Assembly (NCBI GenBank): GCA_963843975.1
Contig: CAWJMG010000001.1
Location: 1,385,532-1,417,531 of the forward strand
Source: an uncultured Actinomycetes bacterium
GTDB lineage: Bacteria; Actinomycetota; Actinomycetes; S36-B12; CAIYMF01
Reading direction: 5' to 3'
Length of the DNA: 32,000 nt
Shown here: one piece after another, positions 23,839 to 31,031 of the stretch
Layout: the number at the start of each line of letters is the position of its first letter
How positions within the stretch are numbered: position 1 is the first letter of the stretch
Made by a program: the position numbers and the translations under genes
Notes under the pieces: generated by a model
Seen by the model: the letters and a program-made list of their open reading frames with translations, nothing else
What the model was told of the DNA's origin: nothing
Databases searched by the model: none

Positions 23839-25182
23839 CTACAGGTGGTACGCGTACTCGCGGAACTCCCAGTCGGTGACGAAGCGCGAGAACCGCTCGA
23901 CCTCGTTGCGCTTGTAGGTCAGGAACGAGTTCACGAAGAACTCGCCGACCACCTGGGCCAGCGCGGTGTCGGCCTCGAGGGCGTCGAGCGCCTCGGGCAG
24001 CGACTGCGGCAGCATCGGGGCGCTCTCGGGGTCGTAGCCGTAGCCCTCGAGCGGTGCGGCGGGCTCGAGCTTGTCGCGGACGCCGAGGTAGATGGCGGCG
24101 CTCACCGCGGCCATGGCGAGGTACGGGTTGGCCGTGGCGTCGCCGAGGCGCACCTCCATACGGGCCGCCCCACCGCGCTCCGGCGGGATGCGGACCATCG
24201 CGCTGCGGTTGTCCAGGCCCCAGTCGATGAGCCAGGGCGCGAGGGTGTCCGGCCCGAACCGCTTGTAGGAGTTGATCGTCGGGTTGAGGATCGCGGCGAG
24301 TGCCGGCGCGTGGGCGAGGACGCCCGCGATGGCTGCGCGGCCGATCGCCGACAGCCCGTCCTGGCCCTCCGGGTCGCCGAACACGTTGGTGCCGTCGCTG
24401 TCCACGAGCGAGATGTGCAGGTGGAAGCCGCTGCCGCCCTCGTCGTTGAACGGCTTGGCCATGAACGTCGCGAGCATGCCCTCGTGGCGGGCGATCTCCT
24501 GGACGGCCGACTTCATGCGGAACGCGCGGTCGGCGGCGTCGAGCAGGTCGGAGTGGTTGAGGTTGATCTCGAACTGGCCGGGCGAGAACTCGTGGTTGGC
24601 AGCGGTCACCTGCAGCGAGGCGTCGCGCATGTAGCGCAGCATCGTCAGCAGCATGCCCTTCGGGTCGCCCTTGCGGCCGACGACGTACACGTTGCCGGGC
24701 TGGTCGGCGTACCGCCCCCACCCGGTGGTGCTCGCGGCGTCCTGCTCGAGGAGGTAGAACTCGAGCTCCGGACCGATCACCGCGCTGACGCCGAGCTCGC
24801 TCAGCTTGGCCGAGACGCGACGCGCGACCTCTCGCGGCGACTCCTCCGCCGCGGTGCCGCCGAGGACGGTCGTGTCGGCGAGGCACCAGGCGGCGCCCGG
24901 CTCCCACGGCAGCGTGGTGAGCGTGGTGAGGTCCGGCCGCGCGCTGATGTCGGGCAGGCCGCTCTCGATGCCGCCCTGCACCGGGACGACGTCGCCCATG
25001 GGGGAGGTGTGGTAGACCGCGCGGCAGAACGCGATGCCGTGCCCCATGACGCTCGCCAGCTCGTCGATGAGGACGTCGCGACCGCGGTCGACACCGATCA
25101 GGTCGGGGTACGAGACGCGGATGACGTCGATGCCCTTCGCGCGCAGGTCCTCGACCAGGGCGGACACGTCGACGTTGTCCAT
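23839..25182 (-). CDS. glutamine synthetase family protein (gamma-glutamyl-amine synthetase, PuuA/GlnA3-4-like)
   Basis: 447 aa. Contains the GS catalytic-domain motif GGSGFHLHISL and NHEFSPGQFEIN. AAGGAG SD upstream. Confidence 0.85.
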   Translation of the reverse strand: MDNVDVSALVEDLRAKGIDVIRVSYPDLIGVDRGRDVLIDELASVMGHGIAFCRAVYHTSPMGDVVPVQGGIESGLPDISARPDLTTLTTLPWEPGAAWCLADTTVLGGTAAEESPREVARRVSAKLSELGVSAVIGPELEFYLLEQDAASTTGWGRYADQPGNVYVVGRKGDPKGMLLTMLRYMRDASLQVTAANHEFSPGQFEINLNHSDLLDAADRAFRMKSAVQEIARHEGMLATFMAKPFNDEGGSGFHLHISLVDSDGTNVFGDPEGQDGLSAIGRAAIAGVLAHAPALAAILNPTINSYKRFGPDTLAPWLIDWGLDNRSAMVRIPPERGGAARMEVRLGDATANPYLAMAAVSAAIYLGVRDKLEPAAPLEGYGYDPESAPMLPQSLPEALDALEADTALAQVVGEFFVNSFLTYKRNEVERFSRFVTDWEFREYAYHL

Positions 25183-25219
25183 GCGGATCTCCTTGCCATG
25201 GGGTGCTGACCGGGTCTAG

Positions 25220-25237
25220 TCGTTCGGGTACGAACGA
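25220..25237. promoter_or_regulatory. operator box, copy 2 of the 18-bp palindrome
   Basis: TCGTTCGGGTACGAACGA has perfect 7-bp arms TCGTTCG/CGAACGA. It lies 38 nt upstream of the GS-like start codon. A further GAACGATAG (25243-25251) follows; that 9-mer also occurs at 27541-27549. Confidence 0.55.
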
Positions 25238-25323
25238 TGGGGGAACGATAGTGGCCGTGCCGCCACGGGGGAAGGGGTCGGCGCAAACTGCCCGAGCCCT
25301 TGCGGGGCTGCGGGTCGGGCCAT

Positions 25324-25341
25324 ATGTTCGGACCCGAACGA
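25324..25341. promoter_or_regulatory. operator box, copy 3 of the 18-bp palindrome
   Basis: ATGTTCGGACCCGAACGA (GTTCGG-AC-CCGAAC core), immediately upstream of the GAGGAG SD of the amidotransferase gene. Confidence 0.5.
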
Positions 25342-25353
25342 GAGGAGCCGCCG

Positions 25354-26067
25354 GTGCGCGCGCTGTTCGTCCAGCAGGACCACGTCTCGCCCGTCGGGCC
25401 GGTCGGTGCGCAGCTCGAGGCGCGCGGGTACGACGTCGAGGAGTTCCTCGTCGTCCCCGAGAGCCGGTTCCACGACCCCAATGTGGCAGCGGTGTTCCCC
25501 GACCCGCGCGACTTCGACGTGATCGTGCCCATGGGCGCCCCCTGGTCGGTGTACGACCACGCGACGATCGGCGCCTGGGTGCTCGAGGAGCTGACGTTCC
25601 TGCGCACGGCGCACGACGCCGGCGTACCCGTCCTCGGGATCTGCTTCGGCGGCCAGGCGCTCGCCGCGGCGCTCGGCGGAGCGGTCGAGCGCGCGCCCGA
25701 GGCCGAGGTCGGCTGGTACGAGATCGAGAGCGACGCACCGGGCCTCGTCGAGCCGGGGCCGTGGTTCCAGTGGCACCACGACCGGTGGGTCGCGCCGCCC
25801 GGTGCCGAGGTCATCGCCCGTACTCCCGTCGCGCAGCAGGCCTTCACGATCGGTCGCAGCATGGGCGTGCAGTTCCACCCCGAGCTCACCCCGGAGCAGC
25901 TGCAGGGGTGGCTCGACAACGGCGGCAGCACTTACCTCGAGGCGCACGGCGAGGACGCCGGGGCGCTGCTCGAGGTCACCGAGCGGACGGCGTCTGCCGC
26001 GCAGGCCCGCAGCCGGCTGCTGGTGGACCGGTTCCTCGACCAGGTGGCCTCGCGGCCGCAGGGGTGA
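25354..26067 (+). CDS. class I glutamine amidotransferase-like protein
   Basis: GTG 25354 after GAGGAG. Nucleophile elbow GICFGGQ and VQFHPE (His/Glu of the triad). 237 aa. The track ORF extension back to 25300 has A-ending codons and carries the operator and SD. Confidence 0.8.
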   Translation: MRALFVQQDHVSPVGPVGAQLEARGYDVEEFLVVPESRFHDPNVAAVFPDPRDFDVIVPMGAPWSVYDHATIGAWVLEELTFLRTAHDAGVPVLGICFGGQALAAALGGAVERAPEAEVGWYEIESDAPGLVEPGPWFQWHHDRWVAPPGAEVIARTPVAQQAFTIGRSMGVQFHPELTPEQLQGWLDNGGSTYLEAHGEDAGALLEVTERTASAAQARSRLLVDRFLDQVASRPQG

Positions 26068-26072
26068 TCCGA

Positions 26073-26102
26073 GCGTGCGGGCCCGAACGACTCTCGTAGA
26101 CT
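26073..26102 (+). promoter_or_regulatory. operator box copy 4 plus -10-like element in front of the MarR gene
   Basis: GCGTGCGGGCCCGAACGA (26073-26090), then TAGACT (26097-26102) 7 nt before GTG 26110, which fits a leaderless mRNA. Confidence 0.45.
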
Positions 26103-26109
26103 CGCGGAC

Positions 26110-26790
26110 GTGGCAGCCGTGACCCCGTCGGGCAAGACGCTTCCACGCGCTGCATCCGGCGCCCGCCGGCCGGTCGCCCACGTCGTCCACCCCGACGACT
26201 GCGACCCCAGCAGCTGCCCCTGCGACGACGCGGAGTGCTCGTTGAGCAAGTACGTGCGCGCCACCACCGCCGCCGCCGACCCGAGCCCCACGGGCGAGCA
26301 CACGCTCGAGGCCACCGAGCAGGCCGTCGCCGAGCGCCTCGCGGGCCTCGAGGTCGACATGGCCGCGATGGCCGCCGTCTCGAACATCTACCGCGCCGCC
26401 AACGCCGTACGGAACCACCTCGAGCGCACCGTGCTCGCGCCGCACGACCTCACCTGGACCGGCTGGGTCGTGCTCTGGGTGGTGTGGATCTGGGGCGACA
26501 TCGAGAGCCGCCACGTCGCCGCCGAGGCCGGCATCTCCAAGGGCACGCTGACCGGCGTCCAGAACACCCTGATCTCGCGCGGTCTCGTCAAGCGCCGGGT
26601 CCACCCCGACGACGCGCGCCGCGTGCTGCTCTCGCTCTCGCCCAAGGGTCAGAAGCTGATGGGCGAGCTCTTCCCGAAGTTCAACGCCGAGGAGGCGTTC
26701 GTCGCGAGCCAGCTCGACGACGCCGCCAAGCTCGCGATGGCCCGCAGTCTCCGCACCGTCGTCAAGCAGGCCGAGAACGGCACCGCCTGA
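26110..26790 (+). CDS. MarR family transcriptional regulator (possible HpaR-like) with Cys/His-rich N-terminal extension
   Basis: 226 aa. MarR wHTH (SRHVAAEAGISKGTLTGVQNTLISRGLVKRRVHPDDARRVLLSLSPKG). It is preceded by about 70 extra residues including HVVHPDDCDPSSCPCDDAEC, and third positions across that extension are G/C-rich. Confidence 0.82.
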   Translation: MAAVTPSGKTLPRAASGARRPVAHVVHPDDCDPSSCPCDDAECSLSKYVRATTAAADPSPTGEHTLEATEQAVAERLAGLEVDMAAMAAVSNIYRAANAVRNHLERTVLAPHDLTWTGWVVLWVVWIWGDIESRHVAAEAGISKGTLTGVQNTLISRGLVKRRVHPDDARRVLLSLSPKGQKLMGELFPKFNAEEAFVASQLDDAAKLAMARSLRTVVKQAENGTA

Positions 26791-26796
26791 CGCGGG

Positions 26797-27501
26797 TCAG
26801 CGGGCGGCGTCGACCAGGGCTCGGAAGAGCGCGAGCTGCGCGGGGTCGGTCTCGAAGGTGTCCTCGGGGTGCCACTGGACGGCGAGGAACCAGCCCTTCG
26901 CGTCGATGAGCGCTGCGGCCTCGACCGTGCCGTCGGCAGCATGCGCGATCGGTACGAGGCCGGCGCCGAGGCGGCTCACGCGCTGGTGGTGGTAGCAGGA
27001 CGCCGCCGTCGTGGCGCCGACGACGTCGGCGAGCAACGACCCGGCATCCACGGCCACCTCATGCACCACGTGCCGGTGGGGCTCGGCCATGTGCTGCTCG
27101 AGCTCGCCGCCGAGGGCGACGTTCACGACCTGCCAGCCGCGGCAGACCGCGAGCAGCGGCGTGCCGGATGCGATGGCCCAGCGTGCGACCGCGAGGTCGA
27201 AGGCGTCCTGCTCGGCGTCGACGTCGTAGACGTGCTCGCTGCGCTCGCTCTGCCCGTACGTCGCCGGATCGAGGTCGCCGCCGCCCGGGAGCAGCACGGC
27301 GTCCACGAATCCGAGGCGGGCTGCGACGTCCTCGACGCTCACGACGCCGCCGGGCGCCCACGGATGGATCGTGACCGGCTCGCCGCCGGCGCGCAGTACG
27401 CCCTCGGACAGCGCGCGGGCCGTGCTGATCGCGCGGTTGCGGTGGGCGGACGCCGATGCCGAGAACCGGGCGGGGATCGCGACGATCGGGGACCGCGACA
27501 T
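26797..27501 (-). CDS. gamma-glutamyl-gamma-aminobutyrate hydrolase family protein (peptidase C26, PuuD-like)
   Basis: Starts at ATG 27501 (MSRSPIVAIPARF) with GGAGG SD, within track ORF 26797..27708. Motifs LLPGGGD, AVCRGWQ (Cys nucleophile), VQWHPE. 234 aa. Confidence 0.82.
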   Translation of the reverse strand: MSRSPIVAIPARFSASASAHRNRAISTARALSEGVLRAGGEPVTIHPWAPGGVVSVEDVAARLGFVDAVLLPGGGDLDPATYGQSERSEHVYDVDAEQDAFDLAVARWAIASGTPLLAVCRGWQVVNVALGGELEQHMAEPHRHVVHEVAVDAGSLLADVVGATTAASCYHHQRVSRLGAGLVPIAHAADGTVEAAALIDAKGWFLAVQWHPEDTFETDPAQLALFRALVDAAR

Positions 27502-27504
27502 CTC

Positions 27505-27546
27505 TTGACGCCTCCGCAGCAGGGCCATACGTTTGTGTCCGAACGA
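27505..27546 (+). promoter_or_regulatory. putative hpaE-operon promoter overlapped by operator box copy 5
   Basis: TTGACG (27505-27510), 17 nt, TACGTT (27528-27533). ACGTTTGTGTCCGAACGA (27529-27546) overlaps the -10. It is followed by GAACGATAG and the palindrome CCGGATCCGG (27551-27560). Confidence 0.55.
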
Positions 27547-27598
27547 TAGCCGGATCCGGCTCGCTCGTGCCACCCCCATCCTCGCGGAGGCCCGCCCC

Positions 27599-29071
27599 AT
27601 GACCAACGCAGTCGTCGCCGGTGTCGAGGTCGACACCCGGCACTGGATCGGAGGCGAGCGCGTCGCGAGCGCGACGACGTTCGAGGACGTCTCGCCGCTC
27701 GACGGCACGGTGATCGCCGAGGTGAGCCGCGGGGGTCAGGCCGAGGTCGACGCCGCCGTCGCCGCCGCCAAGGCCGCGTTCCCTGCCTGGGCCGCGCTGC
27801 CGGTGGCCGAGCGCTCGGCCATCCTGGTCAAGGTCGCCGAGGGCATCGAGGCGCGCATCGAGGACCTCGCCCAGGTCGAGACGCGCGACAACGGCTCGCT
27901 GCTGCGCTCGCACCGCCGCGGCGTCATGCCGCGCGTGGCGATGAACATCCGCTTCTTCGCCGAGTACGCCGTGAACGAGCTCTCCCACCCCGACTTCGAC
28001 ACTCGCGGCCACCGCAACCACGTCTCGTGGGACCCGGCCGGCGTCACCGCGATCGTCACGCCGTGGAACGCACCGCTCATGCTCGCCACCTGGCGCATCG
28101 GCCCGGCGCTCGCGGCTGGCAACACCGTGGTCGCGAAGCCGCCGGAGTGGGCGCCGCTGACGGCGTCGCTGTTCGCCGACATCGCCCACGAGGCGGGGCT
28201 TCCCGCCGGCGTCTTCAACATCGTGCAGGGCCTCGGCACCGAGGCCGGCGCACCGCTCGTCGCGCACCCCGACGTACGCCGGGTCTGCTTCACCGGCTCG
28301 GTGCCGACGTCGATCAAGATCGGCGAGTCCGCGGCCCGCAACGTCACCCCCGTGAGCTTCGAGCTCGGCGGCAAGTCGCCGCTGCTGGTCTTCGACGACG
28401 CCGACCTCGACCTCGCGGTCGACCTCGCCGTCGAGCAGTTCGACAACTCCGGGCAGGTCTGCCTCGCTGCCGTGCGCATGCTCGTGCAGGACGGCATCTA
28501 CGACGAGTTCCGCGCGCGGTTCCTCGAGCGCGCAGCCCAGGTGAAGCAGGGCGACAGCCGCGACGAGTCGTCCGACATCGGGCCGCTCGTGAGCCGGACC
28601 CACTTCGACCGGGTCGACGGATTCGTGACGCGCGCGGTCGCGGACGGCGCCCGGGTGATCCTGGGTGGCGAGCCCAACCATGAGCTCAACGAAGCGACCG
28701 GCGGATTCTTCTACAAGCCCACGGTGTTCGAGGATGTCGACCGCACGATGGAGATCACCTGCCAGGAGGTCTTCGGACCCGTCCTGACCCTCCAGCGATT
28801 CGGCACCGAGGAGGACGGCGTCGCGATGGCGAACGACACCGACTTCGGCCTCGCGGCCACCCTCGTCACCGGAAGCCAGGAGCGCGCCGAGCGCGTCTCC
28901 TCGCAGCTGCGCGCCGGCACGGTCTGGATCAACTGCTTCTTCGTGCGCGATCTCTCCGCGCCCTTCGGCGGCTCCGGCCGCTCGGGCATCGGACGTGAGG
29001 GCGGCCTCTGGTCGTTCGACTTCTACTGCGATGTCAAGAACTCTGTGTTCGCCCCGAAGGGATGGAACTGA
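27599..29071 (+). CDS. hpaE: 5-carboxymethyl-2-hydroxymuconate semialdehyde dehydrogenase-like aldehyde dehydrogenase
   Basis: ATG 27599 after GCGGAGG, 490 aa. ALDH motifs FELGGKSP and catalytic Cys GQVCLA. The C-terminus VRDLSAPFGGSGRSGIGREGGLWSFDFYCDVKNSV closely resembles my recollection of E. coli HpaE (VRDLRQPFGGVKASGTGREGGEYSFEVFAEMKNV). Confidence 0.85.
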   Translation: MTNAVVAGVEVDTRHWIGGERVASATTFEDVSPLDGTVIAEVSRGGQAEVDAAVAAAKAAFPAWAALPVAERSAILVKVAEGIEARIEDLAQVETRDNGSLLRSHRRGVMPRVAMNIRFFAEYAVNELSHPDFDTRGHRNHVSWDPAGVTAIVTPWNAPLMLATWRIGPALAAGNTVVAKPPEWAPLTASLFADIAHEAGLPAGVFNIVQGLGTEAGAPLVAHPDVRRVCFTGSVPTSIKIGESAARNVTPVSFELGGKSPLLVFDDADLDLAVDLAVEQFDNSGQVCLAAVRMLVQDGIYDEFRARFLERAAQVKQGDSRDESSDIGPLVSRTHFDRVDGFVTRAVADGARVILGGEPNHELNEATGGFFYKPTVFEDVDRTMEITCQEVFGPVLTLQRFGTEEDGVAMANDTDFGLAATLVTGSQERAERVSSQLRAGTVWINCFFVRDLSAPFGGSGRSGIGREGGLWSFDFYCDVKNSVFAPKGWN

Positions 29072-29072
29072 C

Positions 29073-29966
29073 ATGGGTGAGGTTGTCGGAGCGGGGCTTC
29101 TGTCCCACGTGCCCACGATCATGGCTCCGCTCGAGGAGCGGCTCGCGCTCAACGGCGGCAAGGAGATCTCGCTCGTCCCCGCCCTGCACCAGCTGCGCGC
29201 GGAGAAGTTCGAGCAGCTCGACTACGACACCGTGATCGTGCTCGACTCGCACTGGTTCACGACGGTCGAGTTCATCGTGACCTCGCAGGACCTCCGCGCC
29301 GGCCTGTTCACGGCCGAGGAGCTCCCGCGCGGCATGTGCCGCATCCCGTACGAGTGGAAGGGCGACCGCGAGCTCGCCGAGGCGATCGCAGCCGAGGGTG
29401 AGCCGGCCGGCACCTGGATCACCGCGATCGACGACCCGTACCTGCCGCTGTACTACCCGTCGATCAACCTCTGGTCGTACCTCGGCAAGGGCATGGACAA
29501 GCAGTGGATCTCGATCTCGGTCTGCCAGACCGGTGACACCGACGACTTCCTGCGCGTGGGGCGCGCGATCCGTGCCGCGGTCGAGAAGACCGACCGCAAG
29601 GTGATCATCATCGCGACCGGCTCGATGTCGCACACGTTCTACAAGCTCAAGGAGCTGCGCAAGCACGAGAGCAGCGACCCGTCGCACATCATCACCCAGA
29701 AGGCGCGCGACATGGACCACGAGCGCCTCGAGTGGTTCTTCGAGGGCCGCCACGACCGGGTGCTCGACACCATGCCGGAGTTCCTCACGGTGCGGCCCGA
29801 GGGCATGTTCGCCCACTACCTGATGATGGCCGCGGCGCTCGGTGAGCACGACTTCAGCGCGCCCGGGGTCCAGTACGGCGACTACGAGAACGCCATCGGC
29901 ACGAGCCAGGTCCACGTGTGGTTCGACCGCCCCGAGGCCGGTTGGACCGCGCCCCGCACCGCCTGA
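29073..29966 (+). CDS. hpaD: LigB-family extradiol ring-cleavage dioxygenase, homoprotocatechuate 2,3-dioxygenase (HpaD)-like
   Basis: ATG 29073, 1 nt after the hpaE stop, 297 aa. Contains LSHVPTIM, DTVIVLDSHWF and GSMSHTF, which parallel E. coli HpaD (THVPSM, DTIIVFDTHW, GSLSHRF). Confidence 0.82.
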   Translation: MGEVVGAGLLSHVPTIMAPLEERLALNGGKEISLVPALHQLRAEKFEQLDYDTVIVLDSHWFTTVEFIVTSQDLRAGLFTAEELPRGMCRIPYEWKGDRELAEAIAAEGEPAGTWITAIDDPYLPLYYPSINLWSYLGKGMDKQWISISVCQTGDTDDFLRVGRAIRAAVEKTDRKVIIIATGSMSHTFYKLKELRKHESSDPSHIITQKARDMDHERLEWFFEGRHDRVLDTMPEFLTVRPEGMFAHYLMMAAALGEHDFSAPGVQYGDYENAIGTSQVHVWFDRPEAGWTAPRTA

Positions 29967-29980
29967 CCGACGTACCGACC

Positions 29981-30032
29981 CGCTCTGGATGACTGAAAGG
30001 CACGTTCCCATGCCCTTCACGCATCCAGAGCG
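29981..30032 (+). other. intercistronic inverted repeat (11-bp perfect arms) between hpaD-like and FAH genes
   Basis: CGCTCTGGATG (29981-29991) and CATCCAGAGCG (30022-30032) are separated by a 30-nt spacer. The core TCTGGATG/CATCCAGA is identical to the repeat at 16199-16245. Confidence 0.5.
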
Positions 30033-30053
30033 AGCAACCTTCTGGGAGAGAAC

Positions 30054-30929
30054 GTGACCGAGTACCGCCGGATCCTGCTCGAGGGCAGCGCCGTCCAGGT
30101 CGTCCGCCACGGCGACACCCTCGTGGCTGCGGACGGCCGCGAGGTCGGCGTCGAGGACGCGATCCACCTGCCGCCGAGCGAGCCCACGAAGATCATCGCG
30201 GTGCACCTCAACTACGACAGCCGCACGCAGGAGTTCATGACCAAGCTCCCGCCGGCGCCGACGTACTTCCACAAGCCGATCACGGCGATCAACAGCCACA
30301 AGGGCGCGGTCGTGCGCCCCGAGGGCTGCCGGTGGCTCAACTACGAGGGCGAGATCGTCATCGTCATCGGCCGCACGTGCCGCAACGTGTCGCCGGCCGA
30401 GGCGGGCGACTACATCGCCGGCTACACCGTGGGCAACGACTACGGGCTGCACGACTTCCGCGACACTGACGCCGGCTCGATGCTGCGCGTGAAGGGATCC
30501 GACACCCTCGCACCGGTCGGCCCGGGCCTGGTCACCGACTGGGACTTCCGCGGCAAGCAGATCCGCACTCTGGTCAACGGCGCCGTCGTCCAGGACGACA
30601 CGACCGACGGCATGGAGTGGGACATGAACTACCTCGTGGCCGACCTCGCGCGCACGATCACGCTCGTGCCCGGCGACCTCATCTACTCGGGCACGCCCGC
30701 CAACTCGCGGCCCGTCGTCCCCGGCGACGTCGTCGAGGTGGAGGTCGAGGGCCTCGGGAAGCTCACCAACTACATCGTCACCGGCCCGACACCGATCCGC
30801 ACCGACGTCGGCGCGCAGCCGACCGAGAGCGAGGAGGTCGTGTCCACGGCCCTCGGCGGCGACTGGGAGTTCCGCGGCATCCGCACGCCGTCCAAGGACC
30901 TCTACCCCAGCACCGTCCAGGAGAAGTAG
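30054..30929 (+). CDS. fumarylacetoacetate hydrolase (FAH) family protein, HpaG-like isomerase/decarboxylase
   Basis: GTG 30054 after GGGAGAG, 291 aa. FAH-fold motifs (KIIAVHLNY, NYEGEIVIVIGR, GYTVGNDYG, PGDLIYSGTP). Placement directly after hpaE/hpaD. Confidence 0.82.
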   Translation: MTEYRRILLEGSAVQVVRHGDTLVAADGREVGVEDAIHLPPSEPTKIIAVHLNYDSRTQEFMTKLPPAPTYFHKPITAINSHKGAVVRPEGCRWLNYEGEIVIVIGRTCRNVSPAEAGDYIAGYTVGNDYGLHDFRDTDAGSMLRVKGSDTLAPVGPGLVTDWDFRGKQIRTLVNGAVVQDDTTDGMEWDMNYLVADLARTITLVPGDLIYSGTPANSRPVVPGDVVEVEVEGLGKLTNYIVTGPTPIRTDVGAQPTESEEVVSTALGGDWEFRGIRTPSKDLYPSTVQEK

Positions 30930-30950
30930 CCGCACCGGTCGCAGGCCGCG

Positions 30951-31010
30951 AGCTACTGCCCAAAGTGGGGTGTTGGCGCAGCCCGAAGCCCCACTTTGGG
31001 CAGTAACTCG
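30951..31010. repeat. 60-nt palindromic intergenic element, copy B (perfect 17-bp stem)
   Basis: TACTGCCCAAAGTGGGG (30954-30970) pairs perfectly with CCCCACTTTGGGCAGTA (30989-31005) around an 18-nt loop. It starts 22 nt after the FAH stop. Homologous to 7574-7633. Confidence 0.75.
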
Positions 31011-31031
31011 AAGAATATGGAGGGTGGCGGG

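Noticed and set aside
25300-25353. Upstream extension of the amidotransferase ORF (TTG 25300 or ATG 25324 starts)
   Set aside because: Codons here end in A (gga, gaa, cga), unlike the rest of the gene. The stretch also contains operator copy 3 and a GAGGAG SD correctly spaced for GTG 25354.
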